Positions 46,415-55,827 of a stretch of 64,000 nucleotides of DNA are shown here, piece by piece; position 1 is the first letter of the stretch; every line of letters begins with the position of its first letter. A program made the translations under genes and the position numbers. The notes under the pieces are model-generated. The model saw only the letters and a program-made list of their open reading frames with translations. It had not been told where the DNA came from and searched no databases. The DNA comes from Clostridia bacterium (GTDB lineage Bacteria > Bacillota > Clostridia > Oscillospirales > CAG-272): positions 56,592-120,591 of the forward strand of contig JAFTSB010000024.1 of the NCBI GenBank assembly GCA_017461945.1. Reading direction: 5' to 3'.

Positions 46415-48928
46415 TTATGCAGCAGGAACGGCGCCCTTGTTCACAACGCAATCGCTGGAGAAAGGAACCGGATTACCGTAACCGGTATTGCCCTGGTGTT
46501 GGGTGCCCTCGTTATGGCAAGCATCAAACAGCTTGTCGTACTGCGGGCCATTTTCGTTGATGATCAACGTAGTGTGATAGTCGTCAGCCATTACCACCAA
46601 TTTCACATTGGGAGCATTGGCGGCGGCATAGTTTGCCTGCACAGACCAGTTGGTAGAGGTGGCGTTGGTGTAGTTCTTGTAGGTGTTCTTGGGAGCAGGA
46701 ACCCATACGACCTCTGCGTTGATCAACTCATAGAGCTGTGCGGCAACGCCGTTGTAACCATGATGCGCCACCTGCACCATAGAGGTGAGCGGTACATTAT
46801 CCTTAAAGGTCTTAGCAAAATTAACACCAGCAAGGGATTCACCGTACATGGCGGTCATGCAGTAACCGCCAATTCTCTCCAAGTCGCCCAACCAGATGCA
46901 GGAGGAGCGCGCTTCGGTCACAAACTGACCGTTGGTGCTATCGAGAGTAATGCGGAAGATGGTGGAGGTGTTGTTGAAATACTCCAATCTCTGGGGATAA
47001 ATATCCTCGTGAGTATAAAGCACCTCAAGCTTTGCATTTGCCAGATAGAAGGTGTCGCCGGTGTGTACCTTGACGTAATCAAAACCGCCGTTTACATAGC
47101 CCTGCAACGTTTTAATACCCTTGCCCACAGAGGTGTTGGGGTTGTATACGTTAACAAGCTCGGTGTCAGAGGCAAAGTTTGCAAACAATTGATCAAAGCG
47201 CAGGTTCTTGTTCTTGCCAAAGTTCTTGAGGAACAGCTCCATCGTTCTGTAATGGTCCTGATGCTCGTGCGTCAAAATCCAAGCGCGGATATGAATAGGG
47301 TCATTTTCGGTAGGAATGGCGGTAGGATCGTTACGAACCTTGCGATACAGGTTGAGCAGTACGTTGTACATTGCCTGATAATCGTAGCTCTCGGATTGAG
47401 CATTATCTGACTCGAAATTAATGCCGCCGCCGTCAAAGAGGATAAAGCTACCATCCTCCAGAGTAATCGCGTAGGACAGACCAAAGGCTGCAGCAGCATG
47501 GTTCAGCTCCAAAGAAGTGATCATAGGCGCAGTCAGATAAGTGTAGGACTGCTTATCATCCAAAACCAGCTTGTTGGGGAGTGTGACGCTGTCCGTGGTG
47601 GAGGCCACAATTCGGAAGCACTTTTCAAACATATCGATCTTCTGCGCTTCAGCGTGAGCGTACGCATAATGAGATACGCGCAGAGTGGTGGTGCTGTTGC
47701 GATCAACGTAAGTACGGAAGCTACTGCCCTCAAGCTGAGTTTCGGGGCTGTAAAGCTCATAACCTGCCGCCTCAAGCTGCTGGCAATACGCAACGTAATT
47801 CTCACGGGTGATACCATCTCCGGTGTAAACATACTCCAGGGAGTTGTTGCCAACGTCAACGGTGCCACTGAGTGCAACGCCTTCAAGCTCAGGTCTGGGG
47901 AAATCGGTCACCCAGGTACCTGCGATAGCACCCTTGATGGTGCAGTTAGCAGGAATCAGCAGGGTGATGTTCCCTTCCTCATCCTCAACGGCAGACTCGT
48001 TGATCATGGCCTCAAACAACATATAAGCACTAGCCAAAGTAGTATCATTCCAGCCTGCAACCATAATGCGGCCATTCTTGATAACCAAAGCGTATTCGGT
48101 TACGGCAAGGCCGGCCAAAACCTCTTTCATCTCGGTGCGATCCATTGAGCCGACCAAAATTTCGCGATCGCTGGCCTCAACGCTATCGTCCTTCAACGCA
48201 AAAACATTGCCCTTTGCTCCGGTAGCCTTGTTGAGTACCGCCTTCATGTTGTTACACAAAGTTACAGGGTAGTCGGTGGTGTCACCGGCAGGCTCGGTAC
48301 CGTACTGACGGGGCCAATCCTTACTATTACTACCGGTGACGTCGTCAAGACGGTCGTCAAATACCAGCGTGTAACCGGTAATCGAGTCCCCATTCTCCTC
48401 CAGCAAGGTGACGGTATCCATCTTAGAGGCCACGATCTTTTCGTTAACAGAAAGCTTGGCCTCTTTGATTGCCTCGGTGTTGAGGAAATTTTCGGTAAAG
48501 TAAGAAAGTGCCACAAGGGTCATAAAGTTGGTGGTGCCAACGATGACGATTTTGTTTTCAAACACGCGGATCGCCCAGCCAAGGCCCTTGATGCCGCTGA
48601 GAGTCTTTGTGGTTTCGGTGCGTAGGGTGTTGCCGATCAGGATCTCGCAATCCGCAGTCTCAAGCTCCTCGGTTGCATTATCCTGTATGGAAGTCATTTT
48701 CAGGGTGGTCAGCGCATTCAGTTGCTGAACCAACTTATTGACCTCGTTCTTGGCGGTAGCGGTGGTAAAGTCGTAACCATAAACAACGTTATAGTTAGAC
48801 AAGTCGACATCCAATACCTTTTTGCTAACCTTGGGTACGCCATCCTCCGTCTTCGAGCAGGAAGACAGGAGTGCAACGGAAGAAAGCAGCAAGGCAAGGC
48901 ACAGGAATAAGCTCAATACTCTTTTCAT
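46415..48928 (-). CDS. lipoprotein with ComEC-type MBL-fold domain, paralogue F (837 aa)
   Basis: Start trimmed to MKRVLSLFLCLALLLSSVALLSSC (RBS AAAGGAG). THEHQDH, YTHED, WLGDLER, VAHHGY. Extra insert between the GD and HH motifs. Confidence 0.85.
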   Translation of the reverse strand: MKRVLSLFLCLALLLSSVALLSSCSKTEDGVPKVSKKVLDVDLSNYNVVYGYDFTTATAKNEVNKLVQQLNALTTLKMTSIQDNATEELETADCEILIGNTLRTETTKTLSGIKGLGWAIRVFENKIVIVGTTNFMTLVALSYFTENFLNTEAIKEAKLSVNEKIVASKMDTVTLLEENGDSITGYTLVFDDRLDDVTGSNSKDWPRQYGTEPAGDTTDYPVTLCNNMKAVLNKATGAKGNVFALKDDSVEASDREILVGSMDRTEMKEVLAGLAVTEYALVIKNGRIMVAGWNDTTLASAYMLFEAMINESAVEDEEGNITLLIPANCTIKGAIAGTWVTDFPRPELEGVALSGTVDVGNNSLEYVYTGDGITRENYVAYCQQLEAAGYELYSPETQLEGSSFRTYVDRNSTTTLRVSHYAYAHAEAQKIDMFEKCFRIVASTTDSVTLPNKLVLDDKQSYTYLTAPMITSLELNHAAAAFGLSYAITLEDGSFILFDGGGINFESDNAQSESYDYQAMYNVLLNLYRKVRNDPTAIPTENDPIHIRAWILTHEHQDHYRTMELFLKNFGKNKNLRFDQLFANFASDTELVNVYNPNTSVGKGIKTLQGYVNGGFDYVKVHTGDTFYLANAKLEVLYTHEDIYPQRLEYFNNTSTIFRITLDSTNGQFVTEARSSCIWLGDLERIGGYCMTAMYGESLAGVNFAKTFKDNVPLTSMVQVAHHGYNGVAAQLYELINAEVVWVPAPKNTYKNYTNATSTNWSVQANYAAANAPNVKLVVMADDYHTTLIINENGPQYDKLFDACHNEGTQHQGNTGYGNPVPFSSDCVVNKGAVPAA

Positions 48929-49013
48929 ACCTATTACTCCTTTGAAAATATTGCCGACACGGTCGGCTTGTATTTGGTATATGTTCCCAAATGCACATAC
49001 CAAGGACTTATAT

Positions 49014-49042
49014 ATTATATCATTGATCTTTTCATTTTGCAA
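49014..49042 (-). promoter_or_regulatory. promoter TTGCAA-17-TATAAT for paralogue F
   Basis: Minus strand: TTGCAA 49042-49037, 17-nt spacer, TATAAT 49019-49014. About 80-nt leader. Confidence 0.6.
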
Positions 49043-49273
49043 GCATCGCCGAAATCTTTCACTTTTCAAACGTTAAATTCATCCTTTTTCACAAAAAAAA
49101 CAAGGCGCTTTTTGTGATAAGCAACAAGCAAAAAAGCATTTTGTGTTCTTCGCTATAGAAAAAATGAACACTTCGTGTCCAAGCCGCATCGTGTGCTTCC
49201 CTTGCGTTTTTTAACAAATGTCGTCTCGTCCCTCGTTGATAAAAAAGATTAGCGTCACTCGCAAAAAATTCTC

Positions 49274-49302
49274 TTGACAGTTATGGCTCCAAATGTTATA
49301 AT
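49274..49302 (+). promoter_or_regulatory. consensus promoter TTGACA-17-TATAAT for alaS
   Basis: TTGACA 49274-49279, 17-nt spacer, TATAAT 49297-49302, ~40 nt upstream of ATG 49343. Confidence 0.7.
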
Positions 49303-49342
49303 AAAACGTAATGCTTATTACAGTAATGAAAGGCTGTTTACT

Positions 49343-51988
49343 ATGAAATGGACATCTCTTAACGAGCTGCGCGAGAAATACCTCGCATTCTTTGAATCCA
49401 AGGGGCACCTCCGTCTGCCCTCCTACCCCCTCGTTCCCATCAATGACAAATCCCTGTTGCTGATCAACTCCGGCATGGCACCGATGAAAAAGTTTTTCAC
49501 CGGCGAAGAAGAACCACCCCGCAACCGTGTAACCACCTGTCAGAAGTGCATCCGCACCCCTGACCTGGAGCGTGTAGGACACACCGCACGTCACGGCACC
49601 TTCTTTGAAATGCTGGGCAATTTCTCCTTTGGCGATTATTTCAAAAATGAGGCTATTCCGTGGGCTTGGGAATTTTTGACCAAAACGTTGGAAATTCCCG
49701 GCGAGCTGCTCTGGCCCTCGGTTTATGAGCAGGACGACGAGGCCTTTGAGTTGTGGAACAAGGTAATTGGCGTTCCTGCCGAGCGCATCACCAAGCTGGG
49801 TAAGGCCGACAACTTCTGGGAACACGGCACCGGCCCCTGCGGCCCCTGCTCCGAGATCTATTTTGACCGTGGCATCAAGTATGGCTGCGGCTCTCCCGAT
49901 TGCCGTCCTGGCTGCGATTGCGACCGTTTTATGGAGATCTGGAACAACGTATTCTCCCAGTTCAACAACGACGGCAAGGGTAATTACACCGAGTTGGCAC
50001 AGAAGAACATCGACACCGGTATGGGCCTGGAGCGTCTGGCTTGCGTATTGCAGGGCGTGGACAACATGTTTGAAGTGGATACCATCCGCAAGATCCTTGA
50101 TACCGTCTGCACCATCGCCGGCAAAACCTATGGCCAGGATAAGAGCGACGACATTTCCATCCGCGTATGCACTGACCACATCAAGAGCTCCATGTTCATG
50201 ATCGCCGATGGTGTGATTCCCTCTAACGAGGGCCGTGGCTATGTGCTGCGCCGCATCATTCGCCGCGCTTGCCGCCACGGTAAGCTGTTGGGCATTAACC
50301 GCCCCTTCCTTTCCGAGCTTTGCGTGGTAGCCATTGGCGAGAACAAGGATGCCTATCCCGAGCTTTCTGAAAAGCAGGATTATATTTTGAAGGTCATCTC
50401 CCTGGAGGAGGAAAGATTTGATGCCACCATTGACGCCGGCCTTTCGATTCTTTCCAATCTGATTCGGGATGCCATTAAGAACGGCAAGGATTCGATTCTG
50501 GGTGAGGATGTCTTTAAGCTTTATGACACCTTTGGCTTCCCTTTGGATCTGACCAAGGAAATTTTGGCTGAAAACCATCTGTCGGTAGATGAAGAAACCT
50601 TTAAAAAGCTGATGACCGCCCAGCGCGAGCGCGCCCGTGCCGCACGCGGTAACGTTAGCGGTTGGGATAATGCCACCAAGTCTTTGCTGGGCGAGCTACC
50701 CAAAACCGTTTTCCGCGGCTATGACAGCTACCGCACCGATGATGCCAAGGTGCTGGCCATCATCGTTGAAGACGAGGATGGCGCACGCAGCGTAAACGAG
50801 ATCGGCGAGGGCGACTGCACCGTTGTTCTTGAAAAAACCGTATTTTACGGCGAAGGCGGCGGTCAGATCGGTGACCGCGGCACGCTGGAGGGCGCAGATC
50901 TTTTGCTGAACGTTCGCGACACTAAGAAAAACGACGGCGTATATCTGCATCTTTGCACCCTTGTCAACGGCACCTTGCGCGTAGGCGATACCGTGTGCGC
51001 CCGCATTGACGGTGGTCGTCGCGATGCCATCGCACGTAACCATTCTGTGGCTCACCTTCTGCAAGCCGCCCTGCGCGAAGTCCTTGGCACTCATGTTGAG
51101 CAGGCAGGCTCTTTGGTCGATAGTGACAAGTGCCGCTTCGACTTTACGCACTTCTCTGCCCTGACCGCAGAAGAAATCGCCAAGGTTGAAGCCCTGGTAA
51201 ACGTCCACGTGTTTGCCGGACTGCCCATCACTATGACCGAAATGCCTTTGGATGAAGCCAAAAAGCTTGGTGCTATGGCCCTGTTTGGCGAAAAATACGG
51301 CAAGACCGTTCGTGTCGTTCGCATGGGTAACTTCTCCACCGAGCTTTGCGGCGGTACGCACATTGATAATACTGCGCGTATTGGTCTGTTTAAGATCGTA
51401 TCCGAAACCTCTGTTGCTGCCGGTGTTCGCCGTATTGAAGCTTGTACAGGCCTTGGCGTATTGCGCCTGCTGGAAAGCAAGGACAAGCTTTTGGCCGATA
51501 CCGCAGATGTATTGAAGGCACAGAACGTTGCCGACGTAGCCAAGCGTGCCGCACAGCTGCAGGACGAGCTGAAGGCAGCACATCGAGAGCTGGAAGCCTT
51601 GAATGCCAAGCTGGCCGGCTCCAAGAAGGATGAATTGCTGCAAAATGCCGTCTGTGTTGGCTCCGTCAAATTGGCCGCTGCACGCTTCGATGGCATGGCA
51701 CAAGACATTGCACGTAGCCTTGCAGACGAGATCAAGGCAAGCTGCCCTGATACGGTCGCTCTGATTGCTACCGTAAATGGCACTGATATCAAATTCCTGG
51801 CTGTTGCAGGCAAAGATGCCGTTGCTGCAGGCGCTCATGCCGGCAAGTTGGTTGGCGCAGTCGCTGCCGTAACCGGCGGCAAGGGCGGCGGACGCCCTGA
51901 CAACGCTATGGCCGGTGGACGAGAGGCTGCAAAAGTAGACGAAGCACTTTCCACCGCCGCTGCTCTGCTGCAGGGTCAGCTGAAATAA
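49343..51988 (+). CDS. alaS: alanine--tRNA ligase
   Basis: 881 aa from MKWTSLNELREKYLAFFESKGH. Class II core, editing-domain HSVAHLL and CGGTH motifs, C-terminal DHHA1-like tail. The ORF-track TTG start at 49274 lies inside the promoter and was trimmed. Confidence 0.97.
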   Translation: MKWTSLNELREKYLAFFESKGHLRLPSYPLVPINDKSLLLINSGMAPMKKFFTGEEEPPRNRVTTCQKCIRTPDLERVGHTARHGTFFEMLGNFSFGDYFKNEAIPWAWEFLTKTLEIPGELLWPSVYEQDDEAFELWNKVIGVPAERITKLGKADNFWEHGTGPCGPCSEIYFDRGIKYGCGSPDCRPGCDCDRFMEIWNNVFSQFNNDGKGNYTELAQKNIDTGMGLERLACVLQGVDNMFEVDTIRKILDTVCTIAGKTYGQDKSDDISIRVCTDHIKSSMFMIADGVIPSNEGRGYVLRRIIRRACRHGKLLGINRPFLSELCVVAIGENKDAYPELSEKQDYILKVISLEEERFDATIDAGLSILSNLIRDAIKNGKDSILGEDVFKLYDTFGFPLDLTKEILAENHLSVDEETFKKLMTAQRERARAARGNVSGWDNATKSLLGELPKTVFRGYDSYRTDDAKVLAIIVEDEDGARSVNEIGEGDCTVVLEKTVFYGEGGGQIGDRGTLEGADLLLNVRDTKKNDGVYLHLCTLVNGTLRVGDTVCARIDGGRRDAIARNHSVAHLLQAALREVLGTHVEQAGSLVDSDKCRFDFTHFSALTAEEIAKVEALVNVHVFAGLPITMTEMPLDEAKKLGAMALFGEKYGKTVRVVRMGNFSTELCGGTHIDNTARIGLFKIVSETSVAAGVRRIEACTGLGVLRLLESKDKLLADTADVLKAQNVADVAKRAAQLQDELKAAHRELEALNAKLAGSKKDELLQNAVCVGSVKLAAARFDGMAQDIARSLADEIKASCPDTVALIATVNGTDIKFLAVAGKDAVAAGAHAGKLVGAVAAVTGGKGGGRPDNAMAGGREAAKVDEALSTAAALLQGQLK

Positions 51989-52010
51989 CCCAAACAAATA
52001 CAACAAAAGG

Positions 52011-52034
52011 AGCCCATGGGAAATTCCATGGGCT
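52011..52034 (+). terminator. alaS terminator hairpin
   Basis: AGCCCATGG-gaaatt-CCATGGGCT followed by TCTTCT. Confidence 0.6.
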
Positions 52035-52049
52035 TCTTCTGATACATAG

Positions 52050-52080
52050 AAAAACGAGCGCAATTTTAGCGCTCGTTTTT
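52050..52080. terminator. bidirectional terminator (serves ftsZ on the minus strand)
   Basis: AAAAACGAGCGC-aatttta-GCGCTCGTTTTT. Confidence 0.75.
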
Positions 52081-52088
52081 CTTATGTT

Positions 52089-53354
52089 TTATCTTCTGTC
52101 ACGGCGAGCACGATTCTTGAAAATGCTCATAATGGTGTCAAAATCGTCTTCGGAAATGGAGGAATCCTCTCCATCCGTGTCATATTTAGGCGCGTGAGTC
52201 ACAGGAGCAGCCTCTGCCGCAGGAGCAGCAGGCGCTTCGGCAACTGTGGGTGCCTGAGTTTCTTCTGCCACGGCGGGAGCGGGCTCCGTAACAGGCTCCT
52301 CCTCTACAACGGGTGCCGGCTGAGGAGCAACAAAGGAGGTTGCAACCTTAACAGGCTCTTCCTTTTTGGGTTCCTCGGGGGAAGCCTCTGCGTCATCTTG
52401 ATTTTCAAAACCGGTCGCAATAATGGTCACACGCATTTCATCCTCCAAAGAGTCGTCAAATGCAAGACCCCAAATCACGTTCGCATCGGGATGAGCCTGC
52501 TTGGAAATCATAGAAGATGCCATGTCGACATCCTCCAAACCCACATCGTGAGATGCGGTAATGCTGATCAGAATGCCGCGTGCACCGTGAATAGAAGTCT
52601 CAAGCAACGGGCTGGAAATAGCAGCCTTAGCGGCAAGTTCGGCCTTGTCGGCGCCGGTGGCGCCACCTACGCCCATATGTGCATACCCGGCATTCTTCAT
52701 AACCGAGGTTACATCCGCAAAATCAAGGTTGATAAACCCGGGGGCATTTATCAGTTCAGAAATGCTCTGTACACCACGACGCAGCACATCGTCGGCAATT
52801 TCAAAGGCATTGCCCAGGGTGATGCGAGTATCAGAAACCTCTTTCAGCTTTTCGTTGGGAATGATCACTAACGAATCCACATACTGGCGAAGCTCCTTAA
52901 TGCCACGCTCAGCCTGTTCCATACGGCGCTTGCCCTCAAAGGAGAAGGGCTTGGTCACGATGCCGATGGTGAGAATTCCCATTTCACGGGCAACACGAGC
53001 CACAATGGGAGCCGCGCCGGTACCCGTTCCACCGCCCATGCCGGCAGTGACAAATACCATGTCCGCACCTTGCAAAGCCTGCTTAATGGAATCCAGGGAT
53101 TCCTCTGCAGAGCGAGCGCCGATTTCGGGATTGGCGCCGGCACCGAAGCCGCGAGTCATCTTTTCGCCAATCACCATCTGGATCGGTGCATCGGATTTGC
53201 GCAACGCCTGACGGTCTGTATTGATGGCAACAAATTCTACACCGCGGATATTGGCCGAGATCATGCGATTAACGGCATTGTTTCCACCACCGCCCACGCC
53301 AATCACGCGAATTACTACGCCACTTTCAAAATTATTATCGGGTTCAAAAGTCAT
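52089..53354 (-). CDS. ftsZ: cell division GTPase FtsZ
   Basis: [13 protein letters not shown] and [10 protein letters not shown] tubulin signature. Pro/Ala/Glu-rich linker and a conserved C-terminal peptide. Start at MTFEPDN (RBS GGAGGAAACC). Confidence 0.97.
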   Translation of the reverse strand: MTFEPDNNFESGVVIRVIGVGGGGNNAVNRMISANIRGVEFVAINTDRQALRKSDAPIQMVIGEKMTRGFGAGANPEIGARSAEESLDSIKQALQGADMVFVTAGMGGGTGTGAAPIVARVAREMGILTIGIVTKPFSFEGKRRMEQAERGIKELRQYVDSLVIIPNEKLKEVSDTRITLGNAFEIADDVLRRGVQSISELINAPGFINLDFADVTSVMKNAGYAHMGVGGATGADKAELAAKAAISSPLLETSIHGARGILISITASHDVGLEDVDMASSMISKQAHPDANVIWGLAFDDSLEDEMRVTIIATGFENQDDAEASPEEPKKEEPVKVATSFVAPQPAPVVEEEPVTEPAPAVAEETQAPTVAEAPAAPAAEAAPVTHAPKYDTDGEDSSISEDDFDTIMSIFKNRARRDRR

Positions 53355-53422
53355 TTTGGTTTCCTCCGTTTTTATCAATCCTGCGCGATGATCCGCGCTA
53401 CTTCATTTACATGCTATTTTAT

Positions 53423-53451
53423 ATTTTAATATATTTCTGCTTTTTTTGCAA
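53423..53451 (-). promoter_or_regulatory. promoter TTGCAA-17-TAAAAT upstream of ftsZ
   Basis: Minus strand: TTGCAA 53451-53446, 17-nt spacer, TAAAAT 53428-53423. Confidence 0.5.
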
Positions 53452-53545
53452 GATGTTTTGAGAATATTTTTCAAGAATCGCAGAAAAAGATACGACCGTG
53501 TGCGAAATTTTTTGACATTTTCCTTTTTTCGTATCGTCCACATTT

Positions 53546-54637
53546 TCAGATTTTGATCAGCTTTGTAATATCCTCAAAAATCAATCGGTTCGCATCGGGA
53601 TGTGAAAAACGCAAAATGTTACGTTGAAGACCTTCCAACTCCTCTTTGTTCTTTAACAGTGAAAGCACCATTCCCGGCAATGCCCCTGCACACAAAAGGG
53701 CTTCCGGCAGCAGCTTCGCGGCGCCGACGCGCTCCAACGCTTCAGCATTTTTAAATTGATGATTCCCCGTTACGTTGGGCGAAGGCACCAAAATAGCGGC
53801 GCACCCCAGATTGGCCAATTCACTGATGCTCATTGCGCCGGCACGACATATTACCAGATCAGCCGCAGCCATCTGTTCTGTCATATCGTGAATGAATGGA
53901 ACGACTCGAAACCGTTTGCAATCATCCAAGCCCTTGCCCAAAAACTCCTTCATAAACCCCTCGTACTCCCGCTCACCGGTTGCGTGAAGATGCGAGATGT
54001 GTGGCATATTCAATTCTCTTTCCATTAGGGAAAGTACCGCTCGATTCAGTTCCCTTGCTCCCAGGCTCCCACCAAAAGAAAGAACCCTTTTTTCTTTGGT
54101 GTTTGTGTTTCTTTTCCTGTCCACGATCCGATATCCGCGCGGCAAGGGATTTCCCACAATGGCAATCTTAGCTTTCGGTGACAGGCCCTGCGCAGCAGAA
54201 GGAAAATTCAACCACACTCGATCCACATGGGAAGCAAGATTTTTTACAGCAAGGCCCGGTATGGCATTGGACTCATGAACAGCGGTTGGGATCCCCAGCC
54301 GCGCGGCTGCCATTAAAGAAGGATAGCAAGCATATCCCCCTGTGCCAATCACAAGATTTGGATGGAATTCCTCTGCGATCCTTTTGGCGTGCCCGATCGC
54401 GCGGATCGTCAGCCAAGCTGCGTGCAGATTTTGAAAGGAACAACTACGGCTGATCCCCTCCACCCGTAATTGCTTGATAGGATAACCCGACCTGGGAACC
54501 AGTTCTTTTTCCATTCCTTTTTCGCTTCCAACAAATAGGATTTTCGTATGTGGTAAATTCTCTTTTATCATATCAGCAATCGCAATAGCGGGCATAATGT
54601 GCCCGCCTGTTCCGCCACACGTGATCATCACATTCAT
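53546..54637 (-). CDS. murG: UDP-N-acetylglucosamine--N-acetylmuramyl-(pentapeptide) pyrophosphoryl-undecaprenol GlcNAc transferase
   Basis: MNVMITCGGTGGHIMPAIAIA N-terminal G-loop. GT28 architecture. dcw context. Confidence 0.95.
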   Translation of the reverse strand: MNVMITCGGTGGHIMPAIAIADMIKENLPHTKILFVGSEKGMEKELVPRSGYPIKQLRVEGISRSCSFQNLHAAWLTIRAIGHAKRIAEEFHPNLVIGTGGYACYPSLMAAARLGIPTAVHESNAIPGLAVKNLASHVDRVWLNFPSAAQGLSPKAKIAIVGNPLPRGYRIVDRKRNTNTKEKRVLSFGGSLGARELNRAVLSLMERELNMPHISHLHATGEREYEGFMKEFLGKGLDDCKRFRVVPFIHDMTEQMAAADLVICRAGAMSISELANLGCAAILVPSPNVTGNHQFKNAEALERVGAAKLLPEALLCAGALPGMVLSLLKNKEELEGLQRNILRFSHPDANRLIFEDITKLIKI

Positions 54638-55825
54638 TCAACGCTTTTGCGTACTGTAGCGTGATATCGCCAGTACGATCCCCATTTCAAAAATTTGCAT
54701 GGCCAGAAAAGTCCCCCCCGAGCTAAAGAAAGGCAAGGACACCCCCGTGTTTGGCATGGAATTTGTCACAACAGCCACGTTAAGTATAGTCTGTAAGGCA
54801 AGTTTCAAAGATATACCATATACCACCAAAGAAGAAAAGCGGTCCGGAGCACGCGATGCAATATGAAAGCCGCGCAATACCAAAAATGCAAACAATAGCA
54901 AAATCAATGCGGCCCCTACAAAGCCAAGCTCCTCACAGATCACTGTAAAAATGAAATCATTTTGGGGCTGTGATACATACCCATGCTTTTGGCGCCCGTG
55001 TCCATATCCAAGGCCAAAAAGGCCGCCCGACCCTATGGCATACAGTCCTTGTAAGGTCTGCCAAGCGCTGCCAAGCGGATCCACCTCTTCGATATGTAGC
55101 CATGTATCCACCCGCACCTGCGCATAAGAGGAAACAAAAATCAGCAAGCAACCGGCCGCAGCAACGGCTACACCCATAAAACCGAGATAACGCAATCTGG
55201 TACCACCAAGAAACATAATGCAGACCCCGAGCATAGCAATAATCAAAAGTCCAGAGATGTGCTTTTCGGCAGCCACCAGCAAGCAAATGAGTCCTATCAA
55301 TCCCCCCGGCAGCAAAATGCCATAACGGATACTCCCCCCATGTTTTTTGACACTGGTTACCTGATTCTCATATTTACTCATAATCAAGGCCAACATCATA
55401 ATCAAAGCCAGCTTTGCGATTTCCGATGGCTGAACGGTAAACGGACCCAACACCAACCATCTTTGAGCGCCACCGCCAACCGTGCCGATCAACAACACCA
55501 AAATGAGCAAAAAAACCGATACGGTATACAAAAAAACCGACAAAAATCGAAAAAATTCCGGTTTTGCAAACAAGATAAGCGGCACCGTGAACAAAACGGA
55601 TACGATTGCAAAAAGAAGATAGCGTTTTAAAAAATACGTACTATCGTCATAGAACTGCAAACCATAAACGGCGCTGGCACTATACGACATAACCGCCCCA
55701 CAAGCCAGCATCATCAAAACCAGCACCACAAATACCGTATCCGGGCTACCGACTTCCGCCGTGCCACTTCGGATGCCTTTTCTGCTTGTAAAAAACAAAC
55801 GGCGCCAACCTTGGCCGCTATCCAT
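54638..55825 (-). CDS. ftsW: SEDS-family peptidoglycan polymerase FtsW/SpoVE
   Basis: About 10 TM helices. GGAQRW, SEIAKL, QPQNDFIF and SSGGT motifs. Start set at MDSGQGW, 2 nt after the mraY stop. Confidence 0.9.
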   Translation of the reverse strand: MDSGQGWRRLFFTSRKGIRSGTAEVGSPDTVFVVLVLMMLACGAVMSYSASAVYGLQFYDDSTYFLKRYLLFAIVSVLFTVPLILFAKPEFFRFLSVFLYTVSVFLLILVLLIGTVGGGAQRWLVLGPFTVQPSEIAKLALIMMLALIMSKYENQVTSVKKHGGSIRYGILLPGGLIGLICLLVAAEKHISGLLIIAMLGVCIMFLGGTRLRYLGFMGVAVAAAGCLLIFVSSYAQVRVDTWLHIEEVDPLGSAWQTLQGLYAIGSGGLFGLGYGHGRQKHGYVSQPQNDFIFTVICEELGFVGAALILLLFAFLVLRGFHIASRAPDRFSSLVVYGISLKLALQTILNVAVVTNSMPNTGVSLPFFSSGGTFLAMQIFEMGIVLAISRYSTQKR

Positions 55826-55827
55826 TT

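Noticed and set aside
33876-48148. Plus-strand ORFs of 200-480 aa (e.g. 34911..36272, 39190..40641, 41358..42281, 46496..47410) opposite the six lipoprotein genes
   Set aside because: The explanation is the same antisense-frame effect. The minus-strand products have signal peptides, RBSs, promoters, terminators and conserved catalytic motifs, and the plus-strand translations have none of these.
49090-49342. Possible T-box riboswitch or long leader upstream of alaS
   Set aside because: A consensus promoter at 49274-49302 leaves only a ~40-nt leader. I saw no specifier-loop/T-box (AANNNGGGTGGNACCGCG-like) sequence or terminator/antiterminator pair.
49211-52063. Very long minus-strand ORFs (455 aa, 455 aa, 240 aa) opposite alaS
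   Set aside because: They lie in the codon-aligned antisense frame of a well-supported gene. I checked that 50578..50576 coincides with a sense codon. Stops in that frame require sense TTA/CTA/TCA codons, which this genome evidently avoids. They have no RBS and low-complexity Gly/Ala/Gln-rich translations, so I treat them as a codon-usage artefact.
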